A stretch of DNA of 64,000 bases from the human T2T-CHM13v2.0 reference genome, Homo sapiens: NCBI RefSeq assembly GCF_009914755.1, contig NC_060927.1; one strand, 5' to 3'. The position numbers and the translations under genes were made by a program. This document shows, piece after piece, positions 27,101-39,303 of this stretch (positions are counted from its first letter, which is position 1; the number at the start of each line of letters is the position of its first letter). Under the pieces are notes generated by a model. The model saw only the letters and a list, made by a program, of their open reading frames with translations, did no database searches and was not told the DNA's origin.

Positions 27101-27632
27101 GACCTAGACTACCTTTCAAGTTTACTTGGAGACTGAGAGCACTTTGGCTGTTGATGGTCAGGTTTGTGGGCACTCAAGATTAGACCTCTGGAATCTGCGA
27201 TTCCCCTCTGTCTAGGGCTGGTTGAAATCCTCCCTCTGTGGGTGGGAGTCAACTGAATTTGCTCTGGTTTTCCTTTCTGCTGTAACAGAAACAGCGCTGA
27301 GTTCAATGCCTCACAATTGCTGGGTTCTCCCTTCCCCAGTGCCCAGAGAGGCTCCCTACACCATGCTGCTGAGGCGGGGCGTCGGGGGTGGGGGGTTAGG
27401 GAGTGTGGGGGTGTTGATAGGGGAGGTGTAGCATCAGCAATTCAGGTTGTTTTTTCTAACTCTTCAGTGCCTCCTTTAGCGATAGTAAGTTAAAACCAGG
27501 TATTATGAGTGCTCACCTGATTTTTGGTTCTCGTGAAGGTGTTTTTTCCATATGGATAGTTGTTAACTTAGTGTCCTTGCAGGAGAGATGATTGGAGGAG
27601 CTTTCTATTTTACCATTTTGTTCTGCCACTCC
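24150..27632 (-). mobile_element. L1MA-type 5' half: 5' UTR, ORF1 relic and start of ORF2
   Basis: 5' start GGAGTGGCAGAACAAAATGGTAAAATAGAA at 27632; ORF1p relics (EFKIAVLRKLKEIQ, AEERIGELED, MAENFLSL...DKERILKA...LVADFSLEILQARRE); ORF2 start ITLNVNGLNTPIKRH ends at 24152. Confidence 0.93.
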
Positions 27633-27774
27633 AACTACCAAAAGAAATATTTTTATTTGATCAGAGACAGTGACTTGAGCTGCAAGGATATCTTCAAAGA
27701 AAGAGAGGTAAAATTTCAGAGAGTAAATAAAATGACTTCTCCACAAGGATTCAAGACCCAAGAAAACATAGTCA

Positions 27775-27904
<130 letters not shown>

Positions 27905-27910
27905 AAAACA

Positions 27911-28240
27911 TAGTCATACACTGCATAACAACATTTCAGTCAACTATGAACTCCATATACGACAGTAATCTCATAAGATTATAATGGAGCTGCCTTGTAG
28001 AAGTCTACCATTTTATACCATAGCTTTACCTTTTCTATGATTAGATATATATAGATACACATTTTTTTTACTATCGTGTTACAATTGCCTACAATATTCA
28101 GTACAGTAACATGCTGTATAGGCTTGTAGCCTAGGAACAATAGGCCATATCATATAGCTTAAGTGTTTTTGCTCAAGGACAGAATGACTTAACAGCATAT
28201 TTCTCAGAAGATATCCTCATTCCTAAGCAATGCATGTCTA
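27911..28240 (+). mobile_element. Tigger3 (Golem/MER7) non-autonomous element
   Basis: TAGTCATACACTGCATAACAACATTTCAGTCAAC...CATAAGATTATAATGGAGCTG...TTTCTCAGAAGATATCC...TAAGCAATGCATGTCTA with TIR ends. Confidence 0.85.
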
Positions 28241-28505
28241 TGCTTGGAAGTGCTTTTTAAAAGCTACAGATAGAATATCTACTATGCAAGTTTACAAAGA
28301 ACTGTGTCTATGAAAATGGGGCCAGAAGAACCAAGGAGCTGCAGAAAATGTAGACTAATCTGTAAAGATCAACAAAAGTTATGTCAAGTGTAAATAGACA
28401 AGTTTTAATACACCACAGTTATTTTATTATAAGTGGGTTATAGGTATTGACTGATGTCTGAAGGAAATTCCTGAGAAGTTTATGGAATGAGAACTCCTAG
28501 GGACT

Positions 28506-29140
28506 AAGGGTGACCATATAATTTATTATCCAAACTGGGACACTTTTGAGACTGAAAAGGGGAATTATTAATAATGTATTAATTTCCTAGGACTGCAGTA
28601 AATAATTACCACAAATTTGGTGACTTATAATTACATAAATTTGTTTTCTTATTGTTCTGGAAGCTACAAGTCTGAAATACAAATGTCAGCAGGTCTGTTC
28701 CTGCTCTGTAGTCTCTGGAGAAGAATTCATTCTTTCCTTTTCCTACTTTCTGGTAACTCCCAGCAATCCTAGATATTCTTTGGCTTGTGTTATTAGATAT
28801 TCTTCGGATATTCTTTAGCTTGTATTAATAGCTGTATCACTTCAATTTCTGTCTTTCTATTCACATGGACTTCTATGTCTCTGTGTCTTCCCTTTATCTC
28901 TCTTATAAGGACACTCATCATTGAATTTACAGTTTACTCCACCCTAATACAGGTTGGTCTCATCTTGGGATCTTTACCTTGATTACATCTGCAAATACCC
29001 TTATTTCAAATAAGGTCACATTATGTAGTTCTCAGTGGGCATATCTCTTTTTGGGGGGGACACTATTCAACCCACTACAAATAATTTCACCATGACAATA
29101 GGACTGTCCTGGGAAAACCAGGGAAATAATAATAGACCTA
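28506..29140 (-). mobile_element. MER94 (hAT-Blackjack), split by MLT1C
   Basis: AGGGTGACCATATAATTTATTATCCAAACTGGGACACTTTTGAGA (28506-28574); resumes GGACTGTCCTGGGAAAACCAGGG...CCTA (29080-29140). Confidence 0.8.
28575..29079 (-). mobile_element. MLT1C-like solo LTR
   Basis: TGTATTAATTTCCTAGGACTGC...TTACATCTGCAAATACCCTTATTTCAAATAAGGTCACATT...ACTATTCAACCCACTACA; perfect TSD AATAA at 28570-28574 and 29080-29084. Confidence 0.9.
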
Positions 29141-30235
29141 AAGAGAAAGTACAAGAAAGATAAGAACTACTTAAAAATAACGAATGACAGGACAATGATC
29201 GAACAGGCCCAGTCCTATGTTGGAGGCTAGTTGAATGGAGATTTTTTCTGAGTGAGAGTTCCTTACTACTTTGTTATAGATGCTGGTAACACAGTTGTTA
29301 TATATTTGTAAAAATTCAGTGAACTATATGTGTATACTGTTTTCTGAATCTGTAACTCTACTTTTACTCTTTTTTTAAAGGCTCATACGTTTGTTTTTCT
29401 AACATATCTTCCTATATTATTTTCTTACTCATAAAGGTGAAGGAAGACAAGATTTTCTTGAACAATGGATGCATTTGGCGGACCAAATCTCAATATCTTC
29501 AGATCTCTAACATTGGTTGGTACTACATGGGGATACATTGGAAATAAGGCATCAATTCTGGGAAAACATTTTGCTCAGAAAACTGAAACTCACTCTTAAG
29601 TAGATTATCTCAAAAGCAAGGCTTTTGGAAATCTCATTGTGGTTATAGATGCAAATTTAAAGCTAATGTTTTATCTACCAAATATAAAGCTCATGTTTTA
29701 TCATCATTAGTCTGATTCATGTATCTATTCCTCAAATACCCCAAACTTGGCAGGGTTGGAGAGGAACATTATTAACTGGAAAGAAAGATGGGAAGCACAT
29801 GAGAGAAGATCTTAAATTACAAATTATAATGACTGAGACATTTTTAGAAGGTTTATAAGACTATTTGAGGGCAGAAGAGGATACTGTTGTGCAGTAGGCC
29901 TTCCCCTTCAAATCCCTGGTTCTAGGTAGAACAATTTATACCTCAGATTTTCATCTGTGCCTAAGGCATAGATAGTGGGTATGTAGGCAATTCAATAGTC
30001 ATCCTACTCTCATGGGTTCAGAGGCAGGTGGCTTCACTACATTTCATGACAAAGGAGGCTATGTTGAGTTTAATACTTTGGTTCTGAGACATCATATGTA
30101 AATTTTATTCCTCAAAAAACATTTTGAAATTTTTTTTCTAGTCTTTTTCTCATTCAGTTTTGTTATTTACTTCCAAGTTGAGGAAAGTTTTTGAAAGGCT
30201 ATTGGAAATTAATAGAGAATTAAGCATTATTACTA

Positions 30236-30309
30236 ATTTAAGTAAATAAATGTCACTGGTATTCTCTTCTGACCTGGAGAGAATAGCAATGACATTTATT
30301 TATTTAAAT
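30236..30309. repeat. Long inverted repeat (34-bp stem, 6-nt loop)
   Basis: 30236-30269 pairs with 30276-30309: 30 Watson-Crick pairs, 2 G-T and 2 mismatches. Confidence 0.9.
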
Positions 30310-30334
30310 ACCAATAACATTTATTTATTTAAAT
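30282..30334. repeat. 25-bp tandem duplication of the hairpin right arm
   Basis: AATA(G/C)CAAT(G/A)ACATTTATTTATTTA at 30282-30306 and 30307-30331. Confidence 0.88.
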
Positions 30335-30559
30335 TGGTAAGGATACAAACCATTTGTTGTATTATTTTACAAAAAATAAATCAGAATTGTCACAATTTTA
30401 TTTAAGATCTGATTCCTCTAACTCTGTCCCCACCCAACCTCTCTCTCACATTATTCCCCATAAAGAAGAATTTCCACCCTTAAATCTCCTACCAATGAGA
30501 CTTCACACCCTTGCTGTTGGGAACACATATTGTACCCTGGTTATCATCTCATGTCTTTG

Positions 30560-30780
30560 TACTTGCTTGTCCCCAGCACGGGGTAGTCCTGGCCCAAATC
30601 TTCACATTGTTGGCTCTTCTATAGCATTCTATTATCCTGTTTAATTTTCTTTACAGCATATGAAATTTTCTTATTTCATCATTTGTTCACTTATTTGTGT
30701 TAGAAAAACTGCATGAGAGAAGGTACATCAATATATGTCCAGCCCAGAGGAGTGATTGGTAAATATATGATAAATGAATG
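30560..30780 (+). mobile_element. L2 3' fragment
   Basis: Ends TAAATATATGATAAATGAATG; CCTGTTTAATTTTCTTTACAGCA lies upstream. Confidence 0.5.
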
Positions 30781-33009
30781 TCCTCAGAACAAGAAAATAA
30801 AATTTTTTTTCTACCTTTTTTTTTTCAGTTCAAGATTATAGCTCAGTGGCTAAAGAAGAAAAACTCCAGTGTTTTCCCACCTATAAATTAGCTTATGAGG
30901 TAATCGGAAAAAGACAAGACTTAAGAATAAAATAATAAAGACTACAAGGCAAAGATTTCTAATACCTAAAAAGAGGAACAAAGAATATATGTTGATGAAG
31001 AAATTCATCTATAGACATATCAGGTTGAACTCGAGTAGGAGAAATTCTCATTTTCAAGGAAGGTCACAGAAGTGGAAAACACTTACTTTGAACTACTAAT
31101 CCTGGAATTTCAGGCAAAATGCAATACAATTTAAGTTATTGAGTCAGAGAGAAATGGGCAGAAGGAATGGAATTCTCTTAAGAAAAAGAATTTAGTGCTG
31201 GGATTGTTCTTACAGTAGAAAATGCTGTGCATGTTTGCAAATCAGGAAATGAATGAGAATTCAGTTTTTCAGAACCTTCCTTACAAGGGGTTCTTACATG
31301 AGAAATTCCTAATGTTATTTTTAATAAGTGGTTATAATATAATAATGGTAATAACAATGATGAGTAATTACAATAGCAACTGTTCAATTTTTATGTAAAA
31401 GTATTTTAAAAGAGAGAAACTTAGATGAGTTTTTTTCCAACCCACTACAGATTAAATAGATCTTATCTCAGTTGAAAAAAATCACTTTAGAAAAAATGTC
31501 ATCAACTTTTGCATCTCTTTGGCAGATAAACTCTACAATTCCCTTTATAACCTCACACATCTGTCCATGAGGGGTGTACACACAGTTGGACCTTTTCCAC
31601 ACTTTCTGATTTGGGAAATGTCTAGAGAAGTTCCTTTGCATGCTCAGGAATGCACTGACTGAAGAAACAGCACACTTACTGCTGGCAAGACTCTGAAATA
31701 ATGGGTATCGTGGCATGGTTTGGGAAAGTTGCTTGCCATGGAATGTGTGGTTCAGGCAAATCGTTTATCATAACTTGCAACCCCTGTTCACCTTCCAACT
31801 GTCCCTTAATCAGACCTGTTTGTCCAGAATAGTGGTAAAGTGGTGGTTTGGAACCAGACAGTCCTAGTCTCAAATAAGACACACTGCATTTCAGAATATC
31901 AGTCTGTCTATGTGTGGAGTGAGGAAAATAGTCCATCAAGGTTATAATACATATAAATCTTCTTGTTCATAGTTGATTTTCAATAAATATTACCCATTGT
32001 CATAAACTTCTAATGGAAACAGTACAAGAATGAAATCATAGTTCTCTTATCCATTTCCTTTGGGTGACCGTTTATGTTTTCTCTAATAAATTGCCAGAAA
32101 ATCCCATTTTTAAAAAATGACAGACGGTCTGTTCTTTTGTAAATCACTGGTTATGAAGACTGAGTCAATTGGCTGCCTTACTCTTCTCTCCTCATTGTCC
32201 CAGAAAAGAGATGCCTATGTTTTCAGCCCCAGTGGATTCCCAAATCTCAGGCCCCCAACCCCCAAAAATAAAACAAAGACAAAGACATGAAATGTATAAC
32301 CAAGAATGTTTAGAAATCCTTCTTTCAAAATCATTGCTAATGACTTGATAATTACTCCAAGGGTTTGTCAAGCATGCATCACATGTGTTCACATTTGGGA
32401 ACTGATTATTTCAAAATCATCTTATTTTGCTTTAGTGTTTCAGCTCCTTCAGATGTCTGCTGAAGATTTACTGAAGAAATACAAATTGGTGGCATGTTGA
32501 TTAGTCAATTATGTTACATACTAGCCATTCATATGAAGAGTGTGAAGGAAGAGTGTGGCAGGAAGATTTCCTCAAACAATACTCAGAAATGTGGAAGGTT
32601 TAATATAGTGATACTAAGGCCACAGTTCACTGTATCTTTGAATAGCACTCCTTAAAATACAATGCTCTCTCACATGTCATTCATGATTCCACTAGTGCTA
32701 ATAATTACACTGTGATGGAGTTATTATCAGCACTGTCTTAAAGGTCAATAACTGAGCCACCAGAAATCTCATATGCATGTTATCTAATGAGTGGCAGATC
32801 CTGCACTTAAACTCATGTAAAGTTAAAACATGCATACTCACTAAGAACCAGGGGCTTTTCATATGATATTTATTCCTCAAGGCAACCATACAAGAAGGGT
32901 GACATTTTCTTAGATTTTGGAAAACTAAGACACTTGCCCTCAATATATATCTCTTGTCTGAAAGTACTTAGGTAAAAGGAGCATTCGGCGAACGGATGGA
33001 TAACAAGGT

Positions 33010-33487
33010 ATCTCACCTAATCAAATAAAGAGTGAAAAAGTTAAATATATCAAATATAGGAGTGGAGTTGAGCCCCATGAAGAGCTGAGTATAGGAACTT
33101 GAATAATGCCAAGATGTTCTCTGGCTCATTTCCACATCTTATTCTGATAACTTCATTTTCTCTCAGTGAGGTTAGGCTTTCTCCATGTGGTGGGTGTCAG
33201 TATCCCTAAGTCTCCTATGCCTCAGCTTCACCACTAAAAATGAGAACCTTTATTTTTTTCCCCTCAGATCCTTTAGTAAAAATCTAGGCGAATAACCTAT
33301 TTGCTCAATTTGGTATAGGTGCCTAATAATGGACAAATTAATTGTGATCAGTGGGACAGGGCCATCTGGGAACATAGTGAGTTACTCTATCTATGACCAC
33401 ATCATTGGAGTGGGTAAAGGAAGGGGTGTTCTATTCTGAGAAGAATGGGAAAACTCTAGGTAGGTAAAACAACAAATATCTGTCTCA
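33010..33487 (-). mobile_element. LTR33-family solo LTR
   Basis: CTTCATTTTCTCTCAG...AGGCTTTCTCCATGTGG...GGTAGGTAAAACAACAAATATCTGTCTCA terminus. Confidence 0.55.
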
Positions 33488-33619
33488 AGACTGTAATGTA
33501 TCAGCCTGATCTTCTGCCTTATGGATCATAAGCCTCTTGAATCACAATTCCCATATTTATCAAAGGTGGATGAAGCCTGTTATTTAAAGAAAGTAAAGGT
33601 AAGGGGGAAAGGGGAAGGG

Positions 33620-33800
33620 GAGCAAGAGAGCTGGGTCATGTTACATGTACGGCCATCTATATGTTTACAACAATTTATTTTATGGAAGAGGAAACTGAGG
33701 CTCAGAAAAGTAACTTGTACAGAATTATAGAGCTATTAAGTGACAGAAGCAAGATCTGAACCCAAGTTGACTGTCTCCAGAGCCCATATCCATAACCACT
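33620..33800 (-). mobile_element. MIR
   Basis: GAGGAAACTGAGGCTCAGAAAAGTAACTTG...TGAACCCAAG...CTCCAGAGCCCAT. Confidence 0.8.
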
Positions 33801-36398
33801 AGCCCCAAAAACCTCTCAACAAAAATGGAGAACAAGAAACCACTAGACAGAACAGGGAAGAGAAGCTGTTTTTTCAAGGCCATCCAGAGACTGATGTGCA
33901 ATGGCCAAGCAACAGGGATTATAGAGGGCTCTGCTCTTGGCCAACTGTGTGATCTTGCACAAGTGCTTGACCTCCCTTAGCCTGTTTCCTCATTATCAAG
34001 AAAACAGATGGGACAGGCTCAAACATTCCTAGAGTCTGTTATGCCATACAGTCAACTGCATCAAAAACCCCAGGGAGGTGGCTTCGATTCCTATTCTTTT
34101 TCTAAAACATAGTCCTTCTAGGTGAACTGGAGACTATGTGCTGAGATTCTTCCCAGGTTTGCCTCCCCAGCTGCATGTGGCACACACGAGGCATGGTTAG
34201 ATGATCTATTTTCTATGTATGTTTGTAGCCAGTTGTTCAGCTCCACTGTGATAAAATCATGAATCATTGTTACTGGATCTCAGTGAAGCAAATATGATGA
34301 GGCAGGAAAAATTTCTCAGAACACATACCCCAGAGAGACTACAAATGAACCATTGCGTTATTGTCTTTTTTCAAATCATGAGATCATTCTGATTCTTTCA
34401 CACTTTTTCATGACACACACTCTTTCATTCCCCAACTTATACACACCCCAAGTTCGGTCCTTGTCTTCCTACCCAAACTCTTAACTCAGGACAAACTTTG
34501 ACTCAAATGCAGACCCTAATGTGTGATACCTAGCCCATCTAGCCAGTAAGGTGAGGGCCAGAGCTGGCTACAAAAAGACAATCTTAATGAATCCTCTGCT
34601 GAATAGGAAATGTGCTCTGTTTGTGAAGCTAATTAACTGAATTCATTTAATTGAAAGATGGTGCGAGAATTCTGTTTTCTTTCAGAAAAGGCTGAAGGAA
34701 TTGAAGAGAAAAATCCTCACCCAATAGCATGCCCCTGACTATATGTCACTGGGAAGTCACAGCAAATGCTCTGAAGGTACTGAATATATGTTTCCAATTG
34801 CTTTTTAGCTTTGTAATTACAAGGATCTAAAAAACCTTGATTTGACTTTTTAATAACTTATGGTGAAACCCCATTGCCAGCACAAGCAAAGCAATTTCCA
34901 CTATGCCTGTGGGACAGAATAGATCATGAAAGAGTAGTAGGATGGGAAAGTGGTTTATTTCCTCTCTTCTCCAGTATTCTATTTTGTCACTCATTTTCAT
35001 TTCCTATTTTTAAATGCTAGCTAGTGAGCATCCAATTCTGTGTGCAGGGATTGTTTTCTGATTTCAAAGCCCTACAAGGCCAAACTCAAACAGGAACGGG
35101 GACTTATTTCAGCTAAGCTCTGGAGAGCATGGAAATGCAAGAGATTTTTGTTTTCCTCATTGCATGTGTATTATTTATCATTCTCTGCTATTTCAGTGAA
35201 TTTTAAGGACAAGGTAATGTGTTGATTCTGTCTTTCACCATTACTCAAATACCATTCAGGGGTGTTAATTTTGTTTCTTTTTTAATTATCTTTGTGTAGG
35301 GTTTGTTTTTGCTGCTGTTGTTTCTTGTTTGCTTGCTTATTTGTTTGTTTGTTTTTCTAATTTAATCCTCCCGAAGTTTTTTTTTTAAATGATAGCTCAA
35401 GTTTGTTTGTATTCACCTAAAAATAATCTAGAGCCCTTCAATAACTTCTTGGTCTACTACTGACAGTTTACTTCAAGAGGCAGCATATACAATGAACTTT
35501 CAGTCCTGACACCCAAAACACTCATAGCTAATAATGAAACCCATGAGGTCTGCAGGGAGAGAAAAGCTATTGGGTTTGTTCCCAGTTTTTCTCACTCAGA
35601 GTTGTCCCACTTTCCTATGTTGGGGCTCTCTGGAATACAATTCAGAAGTTTGGAAGACATGTCTTTCAATCCCTAAATGGAGCATTGAACTCAACCCAGC
35701 CCAGCTTAAGCCACAAAGAGCTTCAACCTTCAGCAGCTGTGGGTTTCCCCTGCTCTTATACCAAGGTGCTGTGAGCAATCAGCCAGCTATTCTACCTCCA
35801 GACCTGGGTGGAACTGAGAACAAAAGAAGTGCTTAACAGGGCTGTGCCGCCAACATGCCAAACGCCCAAACTTCCCCCAATACATGGCCATTACACGCTT
35901 CTATTCTCAGGAGAAGATAATATAAACCAAATACTACATGAACATCACCCGAAAAGATGCAAAGTCCAGATCAAGGGTAGGAATGCTCATGAGAGCAACA
36001 ATCATAGAGGATAACAGAGGTCATACCTGATGTCATCTGAGAGGAGAGATGTTACTCCTATTCTTACTACGGTCCATTCAAGGGCATTTTGATGGGTATA
36101 TACCTGATATAATGCAGAAGCATGAAAGGAGCCCCACATGCAGCAAAATTGAAAAGAAAGAGAGGAAAAAGAAAAGGAGAAAAAGAAACAGGAAAATTGG
36201 AAGGGGTGGACAATCCCACTTACCCAGGTAATAATTTAGGACCTTTATAATTCCACTGGAAATGTATTCCTTCTGATTTTCAGTCTCCTTGGAGAGGTGA
36301 GCCTAAGGCCTCTTGCGGAAGGTGTTAATGACTGACTCTTGTGAAAGTTTTTAATGATTGGAAGCAATGTTAGGAGTTTCCTGGGCTTTTGTGGAGAG

Positions 36399-36455
36399 CA
36401 GGGCCAGGACTGGCGTGAGGCAAGCCAGGTGCTTAGGGAGTAAAATTGAGTAAAA
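36399..36455. mobile_element. MER91A-like hAT-Tip100 fragment
   Basis: CAGGGCCAGGACTGGCGTGAGGCAAGCCAGGTGCT...AAAATT. Confidence 0.55.
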
Positions 36456-36809
36456 AGTTAAAATTTAAGCAATTGTTCTCAGGTGCTTCCAAGAAGAGAG
36501 AATGAAAACAACTGAAACAGGAATATCCAAAATAGTGGTTTTTAGAAAATAAGCTGTAACACCAAGAAGGAAAAGAAAGATGAGAAAAATGAAGTGATTT
36601 GCCTAACACATGTAGCAAACTGAAAGAAAAGATCTTGTAAAACACAGATCTCCTGACTTCCAGTCTGGAAAGATTTACTTTACTTGTTTTTGTGTTCTTT
36701 TGGATACATAAGTATTTTGTTTTATGCTAGTTATTATAGTAATGTTTTATTATTTCTGTATCTTTTCTGTTATTTTGACATAATTGAAGTAGCTATGGCG
36801 TTGGGTAGG

Positions 36810-37060
36810 ATGGATTGGATTCCAGTTTTACCTTATAAATTTATGTGACTTAAAAAAAATTATTTACCACACCTGAGTCACCATTCCTTATCTGCAAATG
36901 AGGATGCTGCTAGAATTAAGTGAGATAACAACTTATATGAGTTTATTCAGGCACTCATTCAGCAAAGTGCATTAGTCCCTATGCCAGATCCTGTGCCCAA
37001 CACTGTGGATAAGGTAGTGTACAAAACAGGGCCATAAATTTCTGTCTAGTGAAGAAAACA
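36810..37060. mobile_element. MIR (+) followed by an L2 3' end (-)
   Basis: CCTGAGTCACCATTCCTTATCTGCAAATGAGGAT; CATTCAGCAAAG...CTATGCCAGATCCTGTG. Confidence 0.55.
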
Positions 37061-37639
37061 AATAAGATTTTTTGACTACGAGTGCTAGAATTAGTTGGTA
37101 TAAGAAATTATTTCTCCTTTCTGCAAAGGTTTTAATTTTTTCCCAGTGGATTAACTCAGCTCACCAGACAGACATTAGACTTTATTAAATGGATAATACA
37201 CATTTCATAAATTCCCTTACACAAAAGACTACAGTGAGTCATGCTTTCAAAAGTGCTTGAAGATAGATTTATGCCACATGACAGTCATAATGGTTCATTT
37301 GGAGCAGTTACACAGTCTGTTGGGTAAATAATGCAAGTTGTAGAAATCACATCAAAGCTGTGTTTACACAATAGACCATGACTACTCCAGAGGAGCCCAA
37401 ACAATCTCATACAAGAGCGTTTTATAAATGATGTAAATATTGTACAAGTTTAAGTTAATCAAATGAAGCAGCCCCAAAGGAGGACAGGTTTGTCAGGGAG
37501 ACCTGAAGGAGATAAAATAAATGAAATACCTGCCTTTGGTAAAAGTTTATATTAAATAAGTCTCCCGATTTGCAAATAACTGGACACAATTAAATTCCCT
37601 TAACAGCTACACCAAAAATTGGGAGTTGGGGGAGCAGGC

Positions 37640-38127
37640 CAACAGAGTCAGATATCTTTCAAAAAATATAAGGGTGCTTTGCAGAAACCAGAAGTCATAA
37701 TGTAGCTAGATTTTAAAGAGGAACTGAGATTAGGAGAGGGAATTCTGCAAAAACCCAAAAAACTTTCTTTTTCTTTCTTTCCCTGAAAACTTCATTCTAC
37801 TTTCTCTGTAAATTGGCTTTCTCTGCTTCCTTGTCCCTGTGGCCTCTTAGCTTCTAAGAGTCCCTGTTACTGTCCCAGACACATATAGGGATGGATACCC
37901 TGCCTTTCGGTGTTACTTCCATCTGCCTAGAAAGAAGATTATCATTGGCCCACTTTGTGTCAGATACCCCCACACCACAACTCCTTCCCCACATAAGTTA
38001 TGGGAAAGGATGGGGACGTACAGAGCGATTATAGCTGACTGGAGCACATAGCTATATGCAAGGAAGTAGTTCTCAGGAAGGAAAACGGCTTGAGGACTGA
38101 AGAGACAGCCAAAATAAGTAGCTACCA
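37640..38127 (-). mobile_element. LTR33-like ERVL/MaLR LTR relic
   Basis: CTTCATTCT...TGGCTTTCTCTGCTTC...ATTGGCCCACTTTGTGTCAGATACCC; similar to the other LTR33-like copies in the window. Confidence 0.45.
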
Positions 38128-39303
38128 GAAACTGTAACTTTGATAAGACTCAGAGGCAGAGGAACACACTTGGGAATAGACCTCAGTAGATACAGAGCTG
38201 CTATGGAGACATCCCATTCCTTTCCACATCCAAGAGATAGTTTAATAAATCTGCTGGGATGCTTTTTGTTTTATGATGACTCAATTTACCTTATAATTGT
38301 TTTATTCTAATTAATCATTCATGTCTTGGCAGAATGCAGTACAAACTAACAAATAATAAACCCAAAAAACAAAAATTCTAAACATGAGAAGAGCAGGTTG
38401 TATTATTTTTTTTTTTTTTGGTGTTTTTCTTTGTGCTGTGTACATACAAAAGCAGCTTAGTTAGTTTTTACAGATTTCCATGCTTTAACTTTGGAGGCTA
38501 GAGCAGAAAACTGTGAATATACCAGCCATTTTATCAATATAATAGGATTAATATGGGCTTATCATTACAAACTTAAGCTCATCATTTATAAAACTTATTA
38601 GCATAACCCCAAATAGCTTAGTACATGTGACTTTGGTTAGTTCCTGATTTCCCCTGGAGAATTATTACAGATGATATTAAAAGTAACAGTGTTGAGATGG
38701 TTCTTTTTGAATTTACAGCACACATACTTGCTACCATCCTCCAAATTTGATAGTGGCCCTCACTCTTGGGACGCTCAAAACTACTTCTTTCTTTTCTTTG
38801 CCTCTATCCTTCATTTTCACTTTCATTTCCAATGACTGTCACAACCCAAGATAAAAACTTATTTATCAGCTGATTAGTTGAGCTTGGACAGGACACTTTA
38901 TTTGCCTTATCAAATGGTCCAATATACATGTAAGTAGATTAGGAGGCATTTTTGTTTAGGCTACTCCTTGTCTACACTACTTCCTGCCCTACCATCAAGG
39001 ACTTAATTCTGTGTCAGAAATGCCAATCCAAGTTGTGATTATATATTTTTAAGCTTATTGGGTTTTTTCCTTTATAGAAAATAAAAGAAAGTTTAAGAAA
39101 GAAAAAATGCTAATTCTACCAGTCAGAGATGATCAAAGTTAACATTTTGGTTTATTTCCTCTCAGGTATACTTATTGATAAACTCATTTTAGTTGAGCTC
39201 ATATTATATCTGAAATATCTTCAGGAATATTTTAAGGGCTTCAATACACTATTTCTTATGTATGCTTTATCATTTCCCTAATTACATTCTTTAAAAAAAT
39301 TAG

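Noticed and set aside
34670-34782. Possible exon (TTTCTTTCAG acceptor, AAG|GTACTG donor)
   Set aside because: Weak donor and no other support.
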